A stretch of DNA of 64,000 nt from Balanoglossus misakiensis (Eukaryota > Animalia > Hemichordata). Below, in pieces: positions 38,701 to 49,775 of the stretch; within the stretch, counting starts at the first letter, position 1; each line of letters starts with the position of its first letter. Below the pieces are notes generated by a model. It searched no databases. It was not told where the DNA came from and worked only from the letters and a program-made list of their open reading frames with translations. Where the stretch lies: contig CM082581.2 of assembly GCA_040954595.2 (NCBI GenBank), positions 13,279,921-13,343,920 on the forward strand. The letters are read 5' to 3'. A program made the translations under genes and the position numbers.

Positions 38701-41700
38701 AGTACATGTAATTCACAACTGTTTTATTTTTGTTTTTTGTCTTTTTATCAGTTTGCCATCTGTTATGAGTGATGTAAGTATCGACCTTTGCACAAGATGC
38801 TCTCAAGAGGAATAGAGTATATACCGGTATATACAGAAAATAAAGGCTTTCCATTTGCTTTACAAAGCCAAACCAGCTGCTCTGGGAATAAACCTTTCAT
38901 GTCATACAGATGATATTTTTATCCACTTGCTAATTATGATCTTGTGTAACACATCTCCCATGAGTAAAAATATATTTTCACTGCACTTTCACCAGTTGGG
39001 GTTTCTAAGAAAACCAAATATAGACTAGGTTTCTAATAAAAACTTATGCTAATATTCATAAAAGGGGGTTAAAGGGACAAAGTCTCTCTCTCACTCTTCT
39101 TTTCCCATTTATTATGTTTGATTCACTACACTGTCTATGCTAATGCACATGTGGATATATAGTGAATCAACATTCAACCATCACGTTTGTAGGATATGAG
39201 AGTAAAAATCTCGCCAAAATGAATAAATGGTAAACACCGAATATTCATTTTGCTCTCCCGTCTACAAGTGGGATGGAAGATGTGTGTGGTTGAACTATGA
39301 GTAAAATTTCTACATAATGTTTATCATAGAGATTTTCAAAGTCACTAAATTTGGCGGCCATTTTGAATTCCATAGACTAAGCACAGATATAGGCGGCCAT
39401 TTTGAACCTCAAATTTGGCGGCCATTTTGAAAGTCTTAATTTTAAGACAATTTTGAAAAGACCCCATATTCACTATATACAATGGTGTCTTGTATCAAAC
39501 ATACTTAATGGGGAAAGGGCAGCAAGAGAGAGACTTTGTCCTTTTAAGTAACCTCACCAATACAGTATATCAGAAAATTGATGTTTGGGATTAAATTTGA
39601 GAAAAACATTCTACACTATGTCCAAATCACACTTCAAAAACTGAATTCTGCTCTCATATGTACATTACAATTTGAAAATAGGTTTCAGCTATCAATGGGC
39701 AAGGGCAAATGATTTGTTTCAGTGAATATATCACACCACAGTTTTAAAAAGATGCTCTACCGTCTAACCCGGCTGAACCCAATGGCCTGTGACTCGCTTA
39801 CTGCATGTGTGATCAACGCCAATGCATTCCACGCTTAATGTTCCACAACGTGCGACTCGCGCTTCCGACGGTAGTCTTTGCAGATTGATGAACAGTGACT
39901 AACGCGACCTTTGCCTCTACGTCATCCGTTCTGAGCGGCTTCTCGATTACAAAGCCACCTGCCCTCGATTAGACATCTCTGATTGGCCAGCGTCTTAACT
40001 GCCGATCAGTTGATCAGCGTCAGCAGAAAGCAGCCCGCTGTCATCTGCTAATGCTCATGATAAGTGTCAGGGAGCAACTTTACTTGGCTTTGCTATTATC
40101 AGCACAATTTAATTTTCTGTCCATTGATTTTCTACGCAAATGACACATTGCAAGCATTAAATACTCTTTAGCGATTCAGTTTTTACTATACCGGTATACC
40201 GGTACTATTAGCATTCAACTCTTCAAATCAAGCTTGGAAGAACCAAAACATACATGTAGTTGAAAGATTGAGACGTTGATTTTCGCCACTGATGTGAGCT
40301 GTGCAGGTAATATCTTCACATCTCAAACCTGGCAATCATGATTTTATCTCTCTGATGATGTACCCGGTATACGTGTCAAATCCATTTGAGGAAGATATCG
40401 ATGAACCCCCGCCATTCACCTTCAAAGTTGTTTAATTCATTGCCTGGATGTAAACCATTTATGTGTAAAAAAATCCTGCTGTGATTGAAATACTGACCTT
40501 GCTATTCAAACCGCCGCACTGTGCCACTGTTTGTGGCACTTAAACTAGCCACAATAATTGCCTCGTAATTACCAAATCTTACCACTTTCAAAATCAAACC
40601 AGCTAAGCAGTGATGTGCAAGGGCTGCAGTAGCTCGACAACTAAAAAATCCTGACCTGCTGTCTCTCAAAAGGATTTGTACGCTCATCGCATTCATCTTC
40701 CAATTTGTTGTTGCAACGGGATTCTCTCGGTGTATTTGACCATTTTACGTGCGTGCGAACATTTCCAACCATTTAAAACGGCTATAAAATAGGAGACGAG
40801 CTGTTATTCCCCTGGAATTGTCACGCATTATAACTACACTTGGGTAAACACTGCACGAATACAATGTTATGGTCACATGATGGCATGGAAATTGACATTC
40901 CGTCGTTCGAAATGATATCCACATGTATTATCTGGGCGTTGAGATCTGAGATCTCAATGACTGTTTTTATGTGGTCTGCGCTCGTTTCTTAGATCCTACA
41001 AAGCATTTTACCGCTCCACATACCAGCGCTACAAGTTGGTAAACACGATTATACCATGCACTCACGCAAGATTTCAGGAGTTGGAAAACAAAATGTTCGA
41101 CATGCTATCACCGACCTTGTATGCTAGTTATTCACTGCGGAATTTACAAGTTTCAAACTTCTTCGAATGGTTCTGCAGATTTGCAGCCATGGGGATCGAG
41201 TTTGAACATTTTACTTTGAAACAGAACTACAGGAAAGTGGATCAGTAAAACGTATGTCTAAAATAATACCTGTTAAAAACAGCAGATGATACAAATAGCT
41301 ACAGTTTTGGAATAATTTAGTGGTTATGTCAATATTTACAATGAGCTGTTTCACCAATGTGCCACATGACACACCACGTAACATATTGTGGTAAACCACA
41401 TGACAGTGCCGAACATGAACGTTGCAAAAATTTTAAACTTCTGTTCTTGTTTTTTTGTGTGTAACTAGGAGCTGCATCTGTTGCAATATGTTTTTGCATA
41501 TCAAGTTATCAACTGTAATTCTATTTGTTTCAATTATTATCTGTAACTTGGAAACAATAATTACACTCTCATTATATGGGAATGCAATTTACATCATAGG
41601 GGCCGGACATTCATTAGCATTTTTAATAGATGAGCTCAAAGGCAGCTTGGCACCTGTTGAGCCCTACAAAGTAGTGTGATACTAAATAACACAATACTAC

Positions 41701-44700
41701 ATCAAATTCCCCCAACATGTTGGCCAAGAAGTCTACATTGTACATTTGAATCGTCGATAAAATGCTAGAGGATTTTTTAAGGATGAACAATGTAGATCAT
41801 CTTTCACTCTTGGGAAAACAATAAAAAGTCAGTAGAATCATAATATAAAATATTAACAATTAACCTTTATTTTCATTGAAACAAATCAAATTAACCTGAA
41901 ATTGACAAAATTTAATATGAGAAATGTCAAAAAGTATATATCAACAGTTAACCATTCAATTCAATAGGTCTCGGCCGAGAGTTGCTCTCTCTTGTTGGTC
42001 TCAAAAGAAACAAGGTCTTTGCCAAGCACGAGCCATCCTTTGAATACACAAGTGCATGTATAGATAGGGGTGTCGCCATGGTGACAGGAGAGTGAGGGGC
42101 GTTTCCACCTCAAGTGACAAGTGCATGTGGGTGTATTACCAGGATGTCAAGTGCGATGAGGGTCTTCCACATAAATATTGCTATGATTGCCAAGGGCAAT
42201 TAACACTGACTCCATCTCCAAAACCGATGGGGCGTCAGTTGCTTGTTGAATAAAAGACCGTGACGCTGGTTTTAAAAACAACTTTAAGTGGTGCAAATGT
42301 ATGCGTATGATAACATGATAAGCTCTGATGAAGACTGCACCGATTAAAGTATACAACATGCACAAGCTATAACTTCAAAGCCCGCAGAGAAAGGATCATG
42401 AACTTGAGGGACAGCATGGCACTTTTACAACACTGACTTGGAGTCAATCAGTTTAATTGAGGCGGCCAGCCGTTTGTCCAAAACACATTCCATCTTCAAG
42501 GACATCCATCAAGCAGCAAATCCCCTTTGCAATCATACCACACAGTTGTTGCATAAACCCCGAGACCTGACACACCAAATGTCAGTCTCAGAACAACTCT
42601 GATTGTGCCGGGAATTAAGCTTTGAGCCGCACCAAAAGCAGATCACAACAAGACTTGAAAAAGCCTGGGGAAAGAATTCCGGCACAATGGGTGAGGAAAT
42701 GCAAAGGTTATGACCCACACTCTACCACCAGTGAGTGGTTTAATCACGGTGTAATTAATATGACACGTTAATGCTGCACACATAATAGAGCACTTTGATA
42801 TACCGTACAGCACCATGGACTGCTTTTGCATGTCACCTATGTGGAACATTTGAAAAAATAAAATCAGTGACTTAATTTCACTGGTATTTATCTGCCAAAA
42901 TAATATTCCACTTTGTGCGTAATCAACAGCAGAGACTGGTATTTGACAGTCGCTGCTGTTGATGGTTTGTTGCTAGTATTAATGGCAAAAGAAGGGCCCT
43001 AGCTGAAATAATTCAAATATTTAAGCGTGCAAGAAAGGTTTGAAGTAATCTCCACACAGTTCTTTTTTTTGTTCTGTAAGAGTGGTATTCGTGTTTATAC
43101 ACTGATCACATTAAAGGGTGCTGGTTTACATGTGTGTATTGGTGAAGATGGAACTGATGGGGGAAGACCCGTACAAGCTTTATGCTGTGATGTTGCTAAT
43201 GAGGCCTCGTAGGCTATACCCACACACAGTAACTATCAGTATACACACTACAGTGTATATACACACACAGCCTTCCATATACGGTACATGTACATGTACT
43301 TACGTTTGACGGAACAAAAACACACTATAAATTTCTGCACCAGACAACATCTGGTGATCTTTTTGGTAATAGTGTCTTTTCCTTCAACAAAGTCACCTGC
43401 TTCACTAGTGTTGTCGCCGATATCCATTGTCCATGGCAGGGCTGAGCATCCATACACGAAAAAAAATAATGCCTCACATTGTGTTCGCCTGTGACTGTGA
43501 CTGGGGATTCCAAGCCGCAGGACTCAACATTCACACATCACAACTCATTAGCATTCTCATTAACATAGCAGTGTTGATAGTGACGCATGCCCGTCAGCTG
43601 TCCAATCGGCATGGCGCACACTCGTTCACCATACATATGGATGAAATCAAGCACCATCATACACTAATATAGGTCTTTCTGCTCATAATATTGGTGTTAA
43701 GTCATGTTCTCAAATCAACAATGCATATCCCCTACTTATTGTGGCCCGTGAAGTATCCGTTATTAGGCGTTGCTAGGCAAATCAATGGCGGCTTTAGACA
43801 ACACCGCATTGTACTCATTGTCCAAGGGAGCATCATTAAAATGCAAATGACACATTGAATCAGTCTGTCAATATGGGTTATACTACTGACACACAAAGGC
43901 CTCAGCAATGTAAAGGACCACTTTCCCTGTTTTCAGTTGCACTCTGACAGAACAAAACAAATGTACATAGTCTGCGCAGCGAGCCACTGTTCTGGGTATA
44001 AACCAGTTTACATCATAATAGAAAGTTTCCACAAGTGGACAAACCTTGCTATTTTATAATCATGGAGCTCGTCATTTTTTCAATTATTGAGAAATGACAA
44101 GGCAGTTAATTTAATTTTTGAAATGATAAGAAACTCTGACATGATCAGATTACTGGATGCTTTTATTGATTACATCTTGGGTAATGATCGCTATATAATG
44201 GCCACTGGGCATAATTTGTCTGGACAGTCATATATTCCCCCATGATGGCAATCAGGCAATGATTGGCAAACACTTTCAAGAACTGTGTTTATTTGACTCT
44301 TAGGGTGACCGCGAGTTTGTGGCTTTTACCAATTTCAATGCATTTACCAAATCCAGGGATTGACTGACATACAGATGTCAAGTGACTCTGGGCTAGCAGT
44401 CAAGGGTCGGTGAGGTCACAGGTCAAATGTTATTCCCAACAGGGCACGGTTCAGAGCAGGTCGTGAATAATATTTCAATAGATTACCACTTCCCCCAGGG
44501 AATAAAATTAATCAAAGGGCCACATAAGTATAAATATGCACATTGTGTCAAATATATTATTAATTTTGAATGTTGTTTACTAAGTTCAACAAGGTTACAG
44601 GGAATCGATGCAGCTTTTCATGGTTGTTATTATACAAGTCTAAATATTCCTGTAACTTCAAATTGATCGTAGTCATGATCGTAATGCAGATTATCTATAA

Positions 44701-47700
44701 ACTTCCAAAGATTCTGTGCAAGATATTGTTACCTACTCAGACGGATAATATATATCAATGCACAGCAGCAGAATGAAGAGCGTGATGCAACGTCATTGAC
44801 CAGCTGAAAAGCCTGGCAGTGTGACTGTTTTACAGACAGGCTATTGGTAGATCTGTCTGTGTGATAAGACAGACAATGTGATTGGTTGACTGATAAGCCA
44901 GCCACTGTGATCAGTCTGCATGATAAAACAACCGGTGTGATTGGCACAATGATAAACCCAGACGGCCAGGATGTATCTGCGCGATAAGACACAATATCTT
45001 TCAAAATGCTTTGGTCCACGTAAATGTGTACCGGTACCATGTAAACCACAGTAAAAGGGCATCAGACACATCACTGAAAAGCTAAGCATGTCCGCAAAAA
45101 ATCTAAATTTCACAATTTTTTTGAGACTATGATAAACTGTATCAGTCAACCTAAAGGTCAATGCATTCACAACACAAAAGATAATTCCACTGTCTTCCAT
45201 ACATCAAAGCTATCAGGGTCACTGTGACTTTCATTAAGAGTTCTGCCGTAAATAATCTCAATATAGATGATTACTTAGCAACAGTAACCCACGGATACAA
45301 CCTAATAACCAAGCAAATGATATCAATCTCTGTTGAATCATTCACCTCATGATCAAATTTCAGAAAGCAAATCACTATTAGAATCTTTTATTCCCAGTAA
45401 TAAGTTTCTTTGTGATGTTTAATGCTCTTTTCTGTAATTAAATTGAAAGTTAATGAATACCAACTGTGAATATGATTCATGGCTGAAAAAGGGAATCTGA
45501 ATATTATTATTTTTAATAAATTCATGAAAGCAACCAGTTTCAAGTTACTGTGATATTGAATTCTTTGCGGAAAAAGTGTAAAAGCAACACCTGAATTGAA
45601 ATCACTTTCTCTCTCTCTCTCCTGGTAATTAAATCGAATGCGGTTGAATTTGAGTAAGTTAATTTAAGCTCATTCAGGTTTTTCTGTACTTACACTACAA
45701 GCAGACCGCGGTGTTTATTCTAAAAATATAATAATAATCATTAAAGGATGGCTGGAGGGAGTTCCCTTGGTGAAATCAGACTGGAGTAAATTTGTAAAAG
45801 AAACCGATCAATGGCTATTTTGTAGAGCTCTGCTATCCATGATGAACACTCTCAATGATCGTGCAAACCGCACTACATTTAACAGGTAGATAATGGACTT
45901 TGGTCACAAGAGATATTACGTTTGTGAATGGGTTAAAGAAACACCAATCAAATGTGGTTACTCAAACATTGGCTGTCTGTTCTGTAGACATTTTTGTGGG
46001 TGAGCGATACGTAGCTAAGGAAAGCAGACATTTTGAACAGGTTTTAACCAAAACCCAACTTACATTGTCTGGCTGTTCTGGGATTTTCAGTTTCACCATC
46101 TGTAGTCCCTCGGATAGAATGCATTCTCCTTCTTTCGAAAATTGTACAACGATTACGTTTATGTACACGCCAACACATCAAACTGCCAAATACTAGTAGC
46201 CCAGCTCAGACCAGAAGTTTCTGAATTTCGTTACAGCTCCAAATTTGACTAACGAACTGGCATATGTACGTTTTATGTCTACAATTGCAGAATGATCATC
46301 TGGTCATGAGTTATGTTTGCACGATCTAAATTTTACCACTCCCAAAAACAACACAATAGGCCATATGTACTTTGATGAATATACAAATATTTAATGTTTT
46401 TGTTCTGATCTTTTGTCTGATGTAAGAGTGCCCTGTCAAAATTGCTACACAATACATATACTGGTAGGATATTCAGCAGAAATAGACATGTTAATGGCAT
46501 CATGTGTTTACAAAACTACCATTTCACAATTTTGCAAACTGTGATCTGTAGTCTTATTTACAAATATCAGAAAGAGAAAGTAATGCTACTATACTTAGTG
46601 TTGTAGATATTAATAGAAATTACATTTTTAACATTTTTGATGTTTTAGGATAAGTACACTCTCTGTTTCCTAAATGTGCAGGTATATGTTATTGCAGTGA
46701 GTCACCTGCTGTAGAGGGCAGCCTCACTATTTGAAATTAGACCGATGCCCGGGACCGAAGACGGAAACGGCAAGCATATATTGAAGGACTCCCTCTACAG
46801 TTAGATTATCTCAGTTGTTTTGTAATCACAAGTCGCGCTAACCGTGGTCCCCAGGGGCAATGTGTAGTGGAAACTTGATGGGAATTTCAACTGCGACATG
46901 TGTCAGTTATATTTGGACTCATTGCGACCAATGTCAAAAAACAGTCCTTAAATTCACCTTCTCATATCCTTCATCTATCTGTCAAAGCGTAAAGACTTAA
47001 TATAATACGAAAATTTTAACTAAAACGAATGAAATGTAAATATTTCCATTTAAGATTCAGCTTAATGTACTGTCTGCTTTCATGTACCTCCATTCAATCT
47101 ATATTCAACCAAACAGCATCTTTATCATTGTTGTACCATATTTGCTTTTGTTGGCCACAATGCCACATAAAAACAGTCAGTTATGTATTAAAAGGAAATC
47201 CAATCATCTCGGGCAGAAATGCCTACTTAGACTTTTAAATTTCACACTTAGGTCTGACAATTTATTGACTGTATGGACTTGTTTTGCCCTCACTGTAAAT
47301 TACTGAGCATAAAATTGCAGCTAGCCCACATGAAACAGTATTTTTAACATACCAGGGTACATGTGTGTATGATAAGTTTAGCCTATATGCAAATCAGGTT
47401 GATTGGAATATGTCCTTCCCCCAGCATGTTTTGCTGTATTTCTATTCTCTAGGAATCAACATGTCCATACAGTTGTTTTCGTGATCTCATAGAAAATTGA
47501 CCAGTTTTAATATGTCCCACTCACAGAACAAGTCCAGACAATATTTCACACAACATATTTCACATAAAATGAAACTGCAATGAGAGAAGTTGAATGATAC
47601 ACAGATCTATGGGTTTTTTTACATGTTCTGTGGCTCTATAACTCAGAGAGTGTGATGAATTGAGGAATGAAAAATTAGCTGAGCAAAAATCCTCAAATGA

Positions 47701-49775
47701 CTTCTTGCTCTGTAAACTTCTCTCATGTCTCACAGTTTTAACGCTTTCACCCCCATGGTTTGATCCAAATCCATCGTTTTATATGGTAGAATTGGATCCC
47801 TATACACGGAAATAGGGGTGAAAGGGTTAAAATGCTTAGTGTTGCACATTTTGCATTGACACTCATTAACTAAAGTGTTAAATCTTGTACGGCACCATTT
47901 AGAAAATTCCGTTCTTTAATGTTTCTATCCTGTTTTCAGAAATTAAAGAAACTCGCTGTTCTCCATTAATGTAATGTACCGGAAAGATGCAAAGCAAAAA
48001 CAACTCCATTATTCTGGTTTTTTAGATTGATGACTCCATCGAACAGGTGTTTATGTCAATCACTTGCTCAGAACATATGCATCACTCAAATTTATTGAAA
48101 TGCTCAAAATGCAATCCTGAACACCCTTGTCATGAATAATAGAACAGTTTTCCATTTAGCTTCATAAAATAGTCCTCAATTGTCCAGAAATGGAGTCCGA
48201 AAAAGGCTATGGTTGAAATTAATTCATTAAAGGCTGTCAGTCCTTGAGAACGTGAATAATAATCTAAGGAATATACAGTACAAGCACAGATAGGTTGTTT
48301 ATGATCATAATTACCAGTGCCAAGGTTCAGAGAGGCTGTTTACGTTACAATATTATCACCTGCCTCGCAATATTTCAAACATCATTTCTAAAAACCTGAT
48401 CAAGAGATGCAGGCAATTTGCATCCATCATCTTTATTTGAGAACTAATACCTTTGATAAATTTTAACCATTTTTCTGCTGAATCAATAAACTATCAGCAG
48501 TGTTTATTTGAGAAAGAAACAGCAAGAAACAAAACAGAGCACTTTGACTTGCAAAAATCAATATTTCTATGCTGCAAACAGTGCAATCTCAGTTGCTTAC
48601 AAAACATGCTAATTCAGCATTTGTATAATCTGCCCAGAAATGCTTTTAATTTCTCACTTAAATGAAAGCTCAGTGGAGTTTCTGTGACATCAGAGGGAAA
48701 ACTATTCAAAGGCACTGATGCAGAACTAAGAAGCAGAAAAAGAACAGGTAGCTATGGCTGCTGAGATTCCTCCAGTCGGCTAATCAGACTTGAATTTAGA
48801 GTTGTGATTTTCATGTTTTTGCATGCTGCTTCTTGGTATGAAGAGTGTGCCATTAAAATTTCTCTTCATAACAAGAGAAAGGTGTGCAAGAAAGTGGAAG
48901 GAATGAGAAGGAATGCTGTAAAAATCATTAGTGATGATACAGCCCCCACAGTTAGAATTTCATGCATGGTCGTGATCACTGGTTAATAAACAACTGTTTT
49001 CTGAGACCAGTTTCTCTCAAAAACAATTACTACCGGTATATTTTTTGTGAGCCAAAACAACTAGATAAGGGTTATTTTTACATTGCCTGAAGGTCAGTTC
49101 TGTACATAATGCAGTTCTGTTTTTACAAGAAACATATTTTTGTGATGTACAGTCACAAATCTCAAGTTCTGCTTCCAAGTGATGTCTGCATTTGTCAAAG
49201 TTAGTGTTACGATGATGTATGTCCACAGCCACCTGTCCTGAAACAATCTTCTCAAAGCTGGGTTCCATCTGGCTCACACAAACAAAATGACAATATCACA
49301 ATTTTGCAAATTACTTGCTCATGTCTGCTTCGCTGTCGATCACCATCGATCGATTCCCACATCACATCATAACAAAGTACTCATCAAGAAAACCAATTCC
49401 ATTACTCATCTCTAACTTCAATACATCCTGACATTTTGACTGTAACTTGATACGACAGTAGTAAGCTTATAAAATAATACAAAACATGCATCATTTTTTG
49501 TCCTTTATGCACGAAACCCAGCCTATGTTTACCGGTATGTTAGAGAAATCATTAAAAAACGTCCACTGATTGTTTGTTTTTTTGCGATGAAATTGCCAGG
49601 AAAGTGTGATTTAAGAATCAAGTTCCAAATTTCTTCTTGGAAAGAATTTTCATCAATAAAGCAGTGAAATATGCTTGATCTGTCGATTGTTATGAATAAC
49701 AGTGAGTTAATTATTACCTTGTTTGTAAAATACCATAGGCACGCTGCTTAGTCTTCTTCTCATAGTCGCGAACAT
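20737..49775 (-). CDS. KCNIP4: Kv channel-interacting protein (KChIP/KCNIP, neuronal calcium sensor family; likely co-ortholog of vertebrate KCNIP1-4). 260 aa with the cassette exon, 214 aa without
   Basis: Core minus-strand exons: 31623-31499 ([30 protein letters not shown]), 29461-29392 ([23 protein letters not shown]), 23760-23690 ([24 protein letters not shown]), 22988-22881 ([36 protein letters not shown]), 22712-22611, 21216-21154 ([21 protein letters not shown]), 20784-20737 ([15 protein letters not shown]). All are GT-AG and in frame. The core is certain; the 5' exons (49775-49718, 43441-43304) and the paralog number are less certain. Confidence 0.9.
24137..24220. mobile_element. Degenerate copy (opposite orientation) of the small TTAA-flanked MITE at 47742-47826
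   Basis: TTAA|TCCTTTCAACCCC...GAAAGAGT|TTAA. The internal ATGGATTTGGACCAAA is a near reverse complement of TTTGATCCAAATCCAT in the 47.7-kb copy. Confidence 0.55.
24651..27634. mobile_element. Non-autonomous TIR DNA transposon (CACTA/EnSpm-like termini) filled by a minisatellite, in a KChIP intron
   Basis: Left end TA|CACAACTAAAGTTCACCAGGTCTGCACCAGG. Right end reverse-complemented TA|CACAGCTAAAGATTGACAGACCTGCACCAGG. TA flanks both sides (24649-24650 and 27635-27636). No transposase ORF. The superfamily call is inferred from the CAC...GTG termini, 2-bp duplication and subterminal repeats. Confidence 0.75.
24762..27411. repeat. 25-bp minisatellite, 106 tandem units, consensus CAGACCTGCA(C/G)CAG(G/A)CCTGTCACGT
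   Basis: Directly visible. The 25-bp register holds across 2,650 bp and continues through diverged units at 27412, 27437, 27462, 27487, 27512 and 27537. Confidence 0.98.
39073..39543. mobile_element. 471-bp MITE with TTAA target-site duplication (Kolobok-like termini)
   Basis: TTAA|AGGGACAAAGTCTCTCTCT ... AGAGAGAGACTTTGTCCTT|TTAA (18/19 match), with imperfect inverted similarity extending about 65 bp. Three internal GGCGGCCATTTTGAA repeats at about 39352-39431. Confidence 0.8.
43304..43441 (-). CDS. Candidate symmetric (phase 1-1) 138-nt N-terminal cassette exon of KChIP
   Basis: T-rich acceptor ending ctcag, donor AAC|gtaagt, open frame [45 protein letters not shown]. The RCCLV motif resembles KChIP3. 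Confidence 0.7.
44850..44992 (+). repeat. Degenerate ~29-bp tandem repeat, each unit carrying GATAA
   Basis: GATAA at 44863, 44892, 44922, 44951 and 44983. The three central units begin TGTGAT. Confidence 0.6.
47742..47826. mobile_element. 85-bp piggyBac-like MITE
   Basis: TTAA|CGCTTTCACCCC ... GGGGTGAAAGGG|TTAA: 12-bp TIR with one mismatch and a TTAA duplication. Confidence 0.75.
49718..49775 (-). CDS. Candidate first coding exon of KChIP ([19 protein letters not shown])
   Basis: aagATG start, 19 codons plus 1 nt, donor AAG|gtaata. Phase 1 matches the acceptors at 43441 and 31623. Upstream sequence is locally CpG-richer. Confidence 0.65.
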
